In this document: in pieces, positions 50,564 through 62,490 of the stretch | How positions within the stretch are numbered: position 1 is the stretch's first letter | Layout: every line of letters starts with the position of its first letter | Assembly: GCA_052327205.1 (NCBI GenBank) | Contig: CM126218.1 | Location: 81,406,001 to 81,470,000, forward strand | Direction of reading: 5' to 3' | Length of the DNA: 64,000 nucleotides | Source: Somniosus microcephalus | Lineage: Eukaryota | Translations under genes and position numbers: made by a program | Notes under the pieces: model-generated | Seen by the model: the letters and a program-made list of their open reading frames with translations, nothing else | The model's database searches: none | What the model was told of the DNA's origin: nothing

Positions 50564-52094
50564 CTCACTCTTTAAATACAGACCAAATGTAGCAGAGTAC
50601 TGATGGGGTTAAAAATCCAGCTATTTGCTGTGAACAAATGCACTCAGTAAAATAATTCTCCCAGTATTTATACAAGACAGCGGAGTACAAATATTTTACT
50701 TTAAAACACAGGACAGGGGTCATTAGTATAAAAGTTTACATTGAAGAGAAGACATTAGGGGCGCTAAATTAAAATATATTGTAGCTAATATATTAACTTT
50801 TACAGTATGTCCATGTATTACAAGTACTAGATGCAAACATTATAGAATATTACACAGGAGTGCAGCAAACGTTTTTGTATAATCCCATTCCAACATAAAA
50901 GTAAACGAAGCCTATAAAAGAATGGTTTTTCTTGCTGCTTGTTTTTATAATGTACACTCAAGTTGTATATCTTTTATACTGATCAATGTTTGGTGATGCT
51001 TCTACAGCAATGACTATTTAAGGAATGAAAGGAGAGCAAAATTATCATCTTCAGACTATCACCAAAAAAGCTCAGAATTTATAGAAGTAAAAAAAGGCAC
51101 CATACAATTATTCATTAAGTAATCTTGATTATAAGCCAATCTGGGGGGTTTTATGGGTAGCAAAAATCATCAGCTACTCTGAAGGAGCAATTCATGATCA
51201 GGTGACAAATTCCTAATCCTTGCGTCTCGCCTTTGCAGCCTCAACTCCCACCCCCAAAACACAGCCTATGCTACTATACCTCGTCATTCTCATATCAACG
51301 GGGAGCCCAATGGGGAGTGAAGCTATTTTTACATTCTGAGGACCATTAAAAGAGTCATCTTCCACCACTGAAATCATTCTCAACTTTCCCCCCTTTTTGC
51401 AAGGATATTTTTCCACCTTCATTTCAACAGACCATGTGTTTTCTTTGAGTAAAAAGGGAAGGGGGAACCCACTGTCAAACCTCTGCCAATGTTACAGCTG
51501 GTCACTAGGAGGTGCACAACTGTGAGCTAATGGTAATTCCACCCCCTTCCCTCCCTCCTCACAAGACATGCTTGCACTTCCCCATAGCAGCATGTCTTTA
51601 GTCATCAGCCAAGTAAAGACATTGTACATGTGCCTCTACTGCCACATCTCCCTTTACGACTTCCTCAGAAATAAATACCATAAATATGTAGTCACAAATA
51701 ATGGCAAGTCTTTTTCACAAAGTAGTTGAAAAAGTTTCCTATCTTTGATAGGTGAAAAAACATCATGCTGTCAGATCACATAGTTCAGGCTAAAATCCAT
51801 ATTACATTTATTAAAAGACAGCAAAATGAATACAGAAAATAACTTGGTTATCACACTATTTATTTTCTGACATAAAAGTAACGTATTCTAGACGTTGAGT
51901 TCTTTTTTCCACAATCTTCAAACTGATTCCTTTGATAGCTTTTATGTAGGTGCACCTCTCTGCCCCATGAAGGTTTGACATACTCTTGTATCATAGAAAT
52001 AAGATTGAACTAAGTTAATGTAAATACTGTAGAGCTGCTACCCAAATATCTCTCTATATATTTTATTTGCTTTGAAATACAAATATACAAAAAT

Positions 52095-53870
52095 TATGGA
52101 CAGGACAAGACCCACTGGTTCATCTAGCCTGTCCCATATAGATGTGATGCCTTATGTATCAGTGATACAGACACTCCCTACCCACCCAGAGCCCTGTAAT
52201 CTCCTGGGAGAGGCAGAAAAAAACAGTCAGGCTAGTTAGCCAGCCGGGGGTAATCTGGAAAATTCCTCTCTGACCCCTTTAGGCGATCAAAACTAGTCCA
52301 GGAAATCACATTACATACAAATTACAGCAGAGAAACATGCCATTCGGTTACAGGGTAACTACCACTCCAGACAGAAACATGCCCAGCTCTCTCCTGAAGG
52401 AATATAGCAAAGCAGCGTACACTGTACGAGCTGGCAAATTCTTTCCACAGGTCCATTATTTTCTGGGAACAACTGCCTACCATCCAACCTAGCTCTGTCC
52501 TTACATTAATAGCCTAGTAATTCCGGGCCCAACGCGTGAGTATGGATGGGGTACTCATGCGTGGGCCCGATGGAAGTGCCGGTTTTCAGCATGCACAGCG
52601 CATGCGCGGAAAACCGGCATTTCCTGTCCTCTGAACCAAGGTGTGCGTGCAGGAGTCTGCGCGTGCGCGCTGAAATTCCTTTTTTTCCCCCACAGGTTTG
52701 CGCGTGTGTAAGGACTTCATTCTTTAAGGTAAGTGGTCTATTACTTAAAATTATAACATTTTTTCCACAGCTTTATTGCTTTTAAGGACTTTACAGTAAG
52801 CTAAGTGTAGTTTTAGACCCGATTTAAAAAAAAAATTTCTTCAAAAATTTGATTAATTGTTTAAAATAGTTTTTTTAAGTTATTTATAGTTTATTTAATT
52901 ATTGGAATTTAAAAATTTTTTAATTTAAAGTTAAACTAGTCTTTTGGGGGCCCGTACTTTTCATGAGTTTGACAGTTCTTACTATCAAACTCATGAATGA
53001 AGTTTCCCCTCCCCTGATTGGCTGCACAGTACTCACCTGATCCCAGCCAGCACATCGCACTAACTACGCCGCTGGATCAGGTAAGCACAGCGCGCCGACA
53101 TCTGAACCGAGCCAGTGACAGGAATTCCAAGCAGACCCAGGCTTCAGATGTTGGCACGCCGGGTGAATGCACATTGGGGGCTTGCACGCGCGGCAAGCCC
53201 CCGATCCTAATTTCTGGGCCATTAAGTGCGACGTCTGGTCCTCCTTAACCTATCCAGTTAACAGAATTAGTTCACATAAACACACAAGTCCCTTCATTTT
53301 TTTTAAATAAGAAATTGGCCCGGAGTCTACAATTTTCTAAAGCACAGACCTAGCTCTTTGAGACTATCTGGGTAACTAAGGTGTTTTAAATTGGAAAATA
53401 ATCTTGTGGCCATCCTCTGCACCCTACCAAAGCCTCAATATCCCCCACCATGTGAGGAGACTAAAACTAGACACAATATTCTAAATGAAGCTCATCCAAG
53501 GCCTTGTACAAAGACAAAATGGTATGCTTTGTTTTATAGTGAATTGTCTTCCTTTAGCTATAGCTTTACGGCATTGGTCATGAATCTTCAGAGAGTGATA
53601 TAACACCCAGATCTCTTTCTTTCACCACTGGCTTTCATTCTGCTGCCCGATTAGATCTGCCCCACTTGCATAGCACTAAACCTTTCTAAGTTAAACATAA
53701 TTTGCTAAAATCGAGCCCATTTCTCCAACACATTGAGATCTGCTTGCAGTAGTTGAGCATCCTCTATAGTCCTAAACACTCGCAAAAAGCTTGGTATCGT
53801 ACGCAAACTTGTAGATCATTCCCCCCACCCCCACATCTAGGTCATTAATGAAAATAGCAAAGACCAGTTT
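52095..53870 (-). mobile_element. Old CR1 LINE (RT to 3' UTR), interrupted at 52511..53220
   Basis: ttggtatcgtacgcaaactt reads KFAYDTK on the minus strand; aggccttgtaca and the CR1 3' UTR at 52095..52310 also fit. Confidence 0.75.
52511..53220. mobile_element. TIR element with serial internal hairpins (Harbinger-like ends)
   Basis: Ends agcctagtaatt / aatttctgggcc with flanks aat/att. It splits the CR1 host and has CpG-rich arms around an AT-rich centre. Confidence 0.65.
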
Positions 53871-56800
53871 CTTTCTTAACACACTGGTAATTATATCAGT
53901 TATTTCTATCCGAATGGATGGGATTGTGGATAGCAACACCACTGCTGTGTGGAGCGATAGCAGGTCAGACCTGAAGCAAAACCTTTGGAAATTTCTGTCT
54001 GGCCTAACACCCCCTTAATGATTGTGGCAATCACAGACAATAAGCTCAGTTTCTTCCCTCAATGGCAAACATGCATACATTATCATTTGACAAGCTTGAT
54101 TTATTTGGCCAAACAATCATGACCTTATTGTCGTCCGTCCACAGGCAATGACATAAACAGAGGCGGACCACCCTAACCAAAGAGTTAATTCCAAAAGGTA
54201 TATTTTGGAATTATATATACCCTGTATTGCTACATATACAGGTCGTGTCAAGACAAAAGAAATTCCTTCAGAAGCTCCGTTTTAACCTCTAGTGCACTGG
54301 CCCATACACAAAACGTGAACAAAATAGAACGTAGAAATATTTTATATGACATGACACAGGATAGAACTCCACATCCGTCACATTCAACACAAGTCCAACT
54401 GTGGAGTATAACAGAAACAATCAGTGGGATATTAACTTGGAACCCAGAATACAGGAGGATACAATGGCTTTGTTTGGGTTAGAACTTTGACCGGCAGAGA
54501 TTTTCTCCCTTCCTCATTGTTTTAGATCTTTTGTTTTATGCAATGTGAATCACTATGAAAATTCACCGTCCAGCAATAAGGGACATACAGAGATCACACA
54601 AATTTTAAAAAGGTCGGAGGGCTCTAGACAGTAAGAAATGTGAACTTCAGACTGTAGTTGCAAACCTAATAAGTCACTCTAGATCTCACTGCAGGCATAA
54701 TATAACACAGAAAGAATAAAGAATGATAGGGAGATGCAAGAATGAAAAGAATGGTGAATACTGGGAGAGATAAGATGGCGAGATTGCCAAACAGGTAAAA
54801 CATACAGACGGATGTGATTAAAGAAAAAAATGAAAGCAAAGACAGCAATTACTTTGCCGAGACACCCTGTCTACATTCAATTCCACTTAAATGAACACAT
54901 AAGCAAATAATGAAAAAAATTCAAATCATTTTCTATCTGCACCCTTGTTAAGTGATTGACCAATAATAAATTTACATCATTTATCACGTGCACACTCAGT
55001 AACAATGGTCTATTAAACTATGTGCTCCATTTTACATCAGCTACATTTAATCCATTTCCTAAAGATCACTATTACAGTAATAAATTATTTTTTTTAATTA
55101 TCCGGCGCCTTTCTGCAATGCACCAACTGGACTATCGGGGGGCTAAAATAACTTAAAAAAAACATTTCCTAGGGGGACAAAAAAGGGAATCGACTGCATA
55201 AGCTTGTGAAATTCCACAACCTAATATGTAAGGACTCTTTTCTATGTTTAAAAACAATAGCTGCAGTTCGATGGCAGTGAACTGGAATGAGTTGTTATCC
55301 ACAATTCCCCTTTGACAAAATGCTCACATTTTTGACTCCCAAAATTATTCAACACATATTATGCAAATTTGTATATAAAAATTGGCAGAAGCTTTAAACG
55401 ATCCCCTCTCATGCCGATAGTTTATACCAGTGACAATTATTTAATCCATTCCTGAATATTACTGATATAAGGGAACATTTTAACCATTTGGCACCTGTCT
55501 GCACTGTAAACACCAGAGAGGCGGTTTCTATGTTGAACTCCTGAAATGCCATGTGATCCCATCACAGTGCAGGAGCCTTACATCATAGCATAATGGGAAG
55601 CTGCTGTAATGGGAAGCTGCTGTGTGAGCCAAGTACCAGGGAATCGATCAGGCTAGAAATGACTGCTGATGGTATTAGCTTAATGTGTTTGGATGGCAAT
55701 CCTTTGTCCACTATTTTTGCCAAGGTGTTAACCCAATGGAATTATAACTGTGACAGAAGAATGTAATGTGAACAAGTTAAGCGTGCGTCTGTTAATATCA
55801 GCAAGTGTCATTTCTAGGCTATTATGTTGAAAGAAATTGCAAAAATCACTGAATATGTGGCATAAGCAAGATACATAATGGGAATCAACTTTACAAAAAT
55901 AAGCCAAGAGTCAGGCTTGCATATCATTTCAGCTTCACAAGTTATATACAAAGTTCTAGTGTAGTATTCTTCCTTAATATTTTCATATTATAAAAGCACA
56001 TGGCAACAACTAGACATTTCAGTGTGCAACACAGTATAGAAACTGATACTTGTTAAGTTCCAGTTTGGTGTATCCAGATTGGCAGGTTATGAAAGTCTAA
56101 CAATGGGGCCATTTTTTAACATTTAAAACACAATCATAATCTTATACCTTCCTCACTGCTTAGTATAAAGGAAAACAAAACATGAAGTTATCCATCAATA
56201 TCAGCTAAGCCAGAAATGCCATGAAGCGCCCACACCGCTAAACAGTTAAAGAAACAATAGCGCATGGAGAGCAGTGGAAAATAAACCAGTACATATTGAT
56301 GATATGTTCACTTACAGTTGAAACAATAATGCTGTGATTGTAAAACCTCTGGTATACTCACTCAGAATACTGATCTGCGAACTTTCATTATGTCCTTCAA
56401 GTGCCTCTGCTTAAATGTTCCTTCCGTTGCTGGTATGAGCGTTGCCGTTAGTTTGAACCCTGGCATCCATTTAAAACCAATATTACTTTAATTAAGAATA
56501 TTAAAAAAAAAGATACAGGATCTACCGGCAATTACAAACTTCAATTACGTGTGTGCATGAGGGATTTTACCACCCAGTAGTTTCAGTGCTTTGCCTCATG
56601 CCAACACAAGCACTGCCATGGCAAAACTTTGAATATACACTCTTCACTGTTGCTCAATTATAATTTTAAACTGGTCTCAGAAAACAATTGTTTAAGATGT
56701 TGCCTGACCCAATCCAATTTGACTGGGATGCACAGCTGAAATGCCACATCTCAGCCTGTGCTATCCTGATGGCAGCAAAGCCTATTCACACACAAAATAC

Positions 56801-58440
56801 ACAGGTGAAACTCAGCAGTTGCTGAGCATGCAAGAGACAATTCATCAGTGATTAACGTTGAGCTGTGAGCTACTACTGTGCTGGACCATGCTGCTGAATG
56901 AAAGATCCTTCCTTTATTGAATACCGCAGGGCAATGAAGTGAACCATAGCTACTAAAGAACTAGTACTACCCTTCAGAAGAAAAATACAGAAATAACTGT
57001 CACCTTCAGTGACCTGCAATGTAAAACGGCAACTCCTGTTTAGAATTGCAAATGAAATGCTGCCTTTGAATCTGAAAGATAAGATCAGTTACACTGCAAA
57101 ATGGATTATGAAGCCAATGGGTAAATGTATGGGGAAAAAGTGACCTCCATTTGGGAGTGAAACGCAAAATAGAAATAATGGCTGTATACTTTGAAAACTA
57201 CATAAAGCCCTTCTTTCAAGTTTGGGGAGGGATTACACTCAATTTTCCCCCAAATTCTGGTACATCCCTGAAAGTAATAAACTTCATTACTTTGGCAATC
57301 ATTTATTGATTTATAATGGCTTTCTCAAGAATGTATAAAGAAAAAGCAGGCATCTAAGCAATTTTTAAATTTTATTTGTTCTTGGGAAGGGGGCAATGCT
57401 GGTAATTCCGCATTTATTGTCCATCCCCAGTTGTCCTGGGAAAAGGGTAATGGGACTGTACATACTCAGGCTACTAATAATATACATTATGATAACTGTG
57501 ATTTTATCACGTTGTGAATAAGCAAAATTTCTAACGGAGTACACTTAGATTAAATATAAATAATTTAGTAATAAAGGAATGGTAGTTAACATAACAATTT
57601 TGGTTCCTTGAAGAAGGATTTTCCGGAGTAACTTGCTGTATGAATCAGGTCAACACCCATTATATATACTACACATGCACCAAGTGTTGGCAGTTCTTTG
57701 TGGCCTTTGAGTGGTGCCACACTTGGTTAATTTATTTGCTCAGAGTTGCATGTGGAAGAATCACCTGTCAAAAGTCAGGGTTATGCAAAGTACTGTTCCT
57801 TTCATTACGTAGAGCATTACATCTTGTTGTCCAACATAATTACAGGTATAACAAGACACAGAGAGTTTTAGCAAAGAGTTGTTTAAAGGCTGTATGAAAG
57901 AATGAGAGGCCCAGTCATTAATAACTGCTTGCAGCATCCCTAAACATGATAAGCTTAGTCATTTTCACTTTGGCCAGGTATTTTGTTTGAGGCTTTTAGA
58001 ACTGACCCTTTTTGCAGCAGAGACTCAGTAACCGGAAAAAATGCTGCTTTGATAAATTATCGTTATCAGAAAGAAAGGTGAAGCACTGCCCTCTGGTTCA
58101 CTTAACAAAGCAGATTGTGTGTCGTAGCAGTAATGTGGAAGAGGAATGTTTATTTAATAAAGATTAGGATTGCTACTGTACACATTTAAGAACAAAGGTC
58201 CAAGAATCTTAGAAATATAAATGAGACTTGGAATTTGAAAGAATCAGGTCACAGCTTCCCAGTAAATGCAGGTTATTGCACAGATAACTCTGACTGCTGT
58301 TACATCGTTAATGCAAAGATCTATCTTAAACAGTCACAGAGTTCTTTAATTGTCTATTTATTGTGACCATTGATAAGTAGTCTGGTATTTAAGGATACAG
58401 GTAAAAACTATGTCCAATTCATTACTGTTAACTGTCAGTT

Positions 58441-60105
58441 GAAACATAGAAGATAGGGGCAGGAGTAGGCCATTCGGCCCCTCGAACCTGCTCCGCCATT
58501 CAATGAAATCATGGCTGATCATCCAAATTCAGTACCCTGTCCCTGCCTTCTCCCCATATCCCTTGATTGCTTTAGCCTTAAGAAATATATCCAACTCTTT
58601 CTTGAATATATTTAATGAACTGGCCTCCACCGCCCTCTGTGGCAGAGATTTCCACAGGTTCACCACTCTCTGGGTGAAGAAATTCCTCCTCATTTCAGTC
58701 CTAAATGGCTTACCGCTTATCCTTAGACTGTGACCCCTGGTTCTGGACTCCCCGGCCATCATAAACATCCTTCTTGCATCTAGTCTGTCCAGGCCTGACA
58801 GAATTTTATCGGTTTTGATGAGATCCCCTCTCAATCTTCTGAACTCCAGCGAGTATAAGCCCAATCGACACAATCTCTCCTCATACGTCATTCCTGCCAT
58901 CCCAGGTATCAGCCTGGTGAATCTTCGCTGCACTCCCTCCATGGCAAGAACGTCCTTCCTCAGGTAAGGTGACCAAAACTGCACACAATACTCAAGGTGC
59001 GGTCTCACCAAGGCCCTGTACAACTGTAGCAAGACATCCTTGTTCCTGTACTCGAACCCTCTTGCTACGAAGGCCAACATACCATTTGCCTTCTTAACCG
59101 CCTGCTGCACCTGCATGCTTACCTTCAGCGACTGGTGCACAAGAACACCCAGGTCTCTTTGCACTTCCCCTTCTCCCAATCTATTGCCATTCAAATAATA
59201 ATCTGCCTTCCTGTTTTTGCCACCAAAGTGGATAACCTCACATTTATCCACATTATAGTGCATTTGCCATGTTTCTGCCCAATCACCCAACCTGTCCAAA
59301 TCGTACTGGAGTTTCGCGACATCCTCCTCACAGCATACCCTCCCACCCAGCTTTGTGTCGTCTGCAAATTTGGAGATATTACATCCAATTCCCTCGTCCA
59401 GATCATCAATATATATTGTGAACACCTGGGGTCCTAGGACCAATCCTTGCGGTACCCCACCAGTCACTGCCTGCCACTCGGAAAACGACCCGTTTATTCC
59501 AACTCTTTGCTTTCTGTCCGCCAACCAGTTCTCTATCCAAGTCAATACCTTGCCCCCAATCCCATGTGCCTTAATTTTGCACGCTAATCTCTTATGTGGG
59601 ACCTTATCGAAAGCATTCTGAAAGTCCAAATACACCACATCCACTGGTTCTCCCTTATCTATTTTACCAGTTACATCCTCAAAAAATTCCAGTAGGTTAG
59701 TCAAGCATGATTTACCTTTTGTAAATCCATGTTGACTTTGTCCGATCCTGTCACTGCTTTCCAAGTGCTCTGCTATTACATCTTTTATAATGGACTCTAG
59801 CAGTTTCCCCACTACCGATGTCAGGCTTACCGGTCTATAATTCCCCGCTTTTTCTCTACCACCTTTTTTGAATAGTGGGGTAACATTAGCTACCCTCCAA
59901 TCATTGGGTACTGTTCCAGAGTCTATTCAGTTCTGGAAGATGACCAGCAATGCATCTACTGTTTCTAGGGCCACTTCCTTAAGTACCTTAGGATGTAGAT
60001 TATCAGGCCCTGGGGATTTATCGGCCTTCAGTCCCATCAATTTTCCTAACACCATTTCCCTACAAATACTGATTTCTTTCAGTTCCGCCCTTTCATCAGA
60101 CCCTA
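58441..60105 (-). mobile_element. Young 5'-truncated CR1 LINE with an uninterrupted 427-aa RT/C-terminal frame (58529..59812)
   Basis: SQHGFTKGKSCLTNL, VYLDFQNAFDKVPH, GVPQGLVLGP, SKFADDTKL and RPHLEYCVQFWSP. There is an upstream stop near 59930 and no endonuclease domain. Confidence 0.96.
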
Positions 60106-60165
60106 TTTATTGACTAATCTTAACCACCAACCTTGACAGTTTAACATTCTGAAGTACAGTGCTAT

Positions 60166-60531
60166 TTTTGTTATTCGTTCATGGGATGTGGGCATCGCTG
60201 GCAAGGCCACCATTTATTGCCCTAATTGCCCTTGTGGTGGTGGGCTGCCTTCTTGAACCGTTGCAGTCCATGTGGTGAAGGTACTCCCATACCGCTGTTC
60301 GGGAGGGAGTTCCAGGATTTTGACCCAGCAACGATGAAGGAACAGCGATATATTTCCAAGTCAGGATGGTGTGTGACTTGGAGGGGAACTTGGAGGTGGT
60401 GGTGGTGTTCCCGTGCGCCTGCTGCCCTTGTCCTTCTTGGTGGTAGAGGTCGAGGGTTTGGGAGGTGTTGCCGAAGAAGCCTTGGCGAGTTGCTGCAGTG
60501 CATCGTGTAGGTGGTACACACTGCAGCCACG
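60166..60531 (-). mobile_element. 3' end of a CR1-group LINE
   Basis: VAAVCTTYTMHCSNSPRLLRQHLPNPRPLPPRRTRAA...SFIVAGSKSWNSLPNS; family of 12079 and 21441. Confidence 0.88.
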
Positions 60532-61456
60532 GACAATTTTATGTCATAGGAGTTCAGATGGGTGGGATCCTATCTAAAGACATTATTGCATATCATTAAT
60601 TTTACTGCAGAATTATGGTTGATGTTTAGCGTTGTAGCTCGTTAGAAACTTATGCTTGAACTTTAAAAAAAGTCAAATTTCTCCCAACATTCCTGAAAGT
60701 ATTAATTCCATGCTGAAAAATGGTTCCATTGGAGCTGGGCTCTCTCCAGTACCTCACCAAAATGTGTAAACTAGATAATTCAACTAGACGGCATCGTCTA
60801 GGTATACTTTCCAGCAGGTGTTACAGAAGTATGAATGTGTATCGCATAATTAAAATCAGCAAACTCAAAATATACAGCAAATTAAACCTCACACTTTCTG
60901 GTCTGCACGCCCTTATTAACTGAGCCTTCGAGTTAGCTACAATGCAAAAGCCCGTCAAAATAATGGTTGTTTAGGTTAAGCAGGAAAAATAGGATTCAAG
61001 GTCAATTGTATTGGACTATAATTGCATAACATGTTATCTAAAATGTGACAGAATTAGGAACATCGTCAGAACACAGGTGCATCATTTATCATATTTAGGA
61101 TTTCTGGATTAGTTTAATATTTTATTGTTCAGAATTATTAGGGTGCAGTAATTTAAGATTCATTTCTATCTGATTACATCTCCATCCTGCCTGAAGTCCT
61201 CACTTTTTTCCTGCCGAGTGCCCAACTTCTGCCTGCTCCTTCCTTCTCCCTCCTTCCAGTTTCCCTTCATCCAGGTAGATCTGGACATAATCACTAATTG
61301 GACTGTGCAAAGGCTTCATCTAGCATCTATTTTAAATCATAAGTGATCCAGAATCAGGCATTCCTGGACCCTACAACACCCTGACAAGCCAGAAAGCAAG
61401 CAAGTAAAGTCTGTAAGGTAAAGATTGCTGGTTGCCAAAATGCGACTATTTCCCAC

Positions 61457-61604
61457 CAATGTTCCCTCTAATTTTTTTTCCTGCGCGGCCCCATTAAATT
61501 TGCTGCGTGGCCGCGCAAGGTATCTCTTCCAGCTTGTGAGCGGCCTGCACGGGACCTCCCGACTGCTGTGCGGCCGCGTGCCGCGCAGGTTAGGGGGAAC
61601 GTTG
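61457..61604. mobile_element. hAT MITE, 148 bp (family of 15973)
   Basis: TIR caatgttccc / gggaacgttg with a perfect 8-bp TSD tttcccac (61449..61456 and 61605..61612). Confidence 0.92.
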
Positions 61605-62289
61605 TTTCCCACATTACCCTCCAGTGTGCTCATAGTGCTCCTTCACCATCGTGTTCTTTCCCCTCTGCAGGTAGTAACTGCAGAAAGGCGAGGAGAAAGA
61701 AGTGCAGGCGGCATAAAGGGAGAACAGAAGGAAGATAAAAATCCAGAGGAGGAGGAAGAAGAGAAAGGGGGAAAAGAATGAAGTTTTTACAACATGAGCT
61801 ACCTATACCAAACTAATTGAGGTGTGACAGTAACCACTGAAGTCCTCATCCAGCTGCCAGTCTCTCACTCCACCCAACTTTCTCATTACTGTTTTGGCCC
61901 TGCCTCTGACTGAGACCTTCACTTTTCTTCATTCTGTAAGCAAGATCATGGGAGTTCCTTCAGTACTTAGCTAAATTTTATAAATGCATAACACGTTGCA
62001 GGTATTAGTCGCAGAGTTACAGAAGTACATGCATTGCTCACATCTCAAAGGTTGTTCTATTATGTTGTAACAAAGCAGAATGCTTGGGAAAAGTGGCATT
62101 GCATTTTCATAAAACTGAGTTGGATCTCAGCACAAATGCAGAGCCAGCTGTCATGTACAAGAGTACGCATCGGAGTTGAGCGGCATGGGAGTTTAAGGCT
62201 TAGACGATGGTTAACAGTGGAACTAAATAACTTTTATGTCTCTATATTTGCAGTGAAAAATAGTGGTTCTATTATTGCAAAAAGCACAA

Positions 62290-62490
62290 AAAGTACTTGA
62301 AAACATTAAATCCATAACAGGTTGATTAGCATCTGAAACAGAAAGATAAGGTTAACATTATGGGTGTGACCCTTTCCCAGCTCTGAAGGGTCACACATTG
62401 ACTGCTCCTTCAGATGTTCATCAACCTGCTCTGCATTTCCAGCATTTTCTGTTTTTACTTCAGAATTCCAGCATTAATGGTTTTTCTATT
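62290..62490. mobile_element. Second foldback of inverted Penelope termini, older
   Basis: caggttgattagcatctgaa...gtgtgaccctt / aagggtcacac...ttcagatgttcatcaacctg, followed by catttccagcattttctgtttttacttcaga as in the Penelope end. Confidence 0.65.

Noticed and set aside
55591-55622. 16-bp direct duplication taatgggaagctgctg
   Set aside because: Simple slippage duplication with nothing between the copies.
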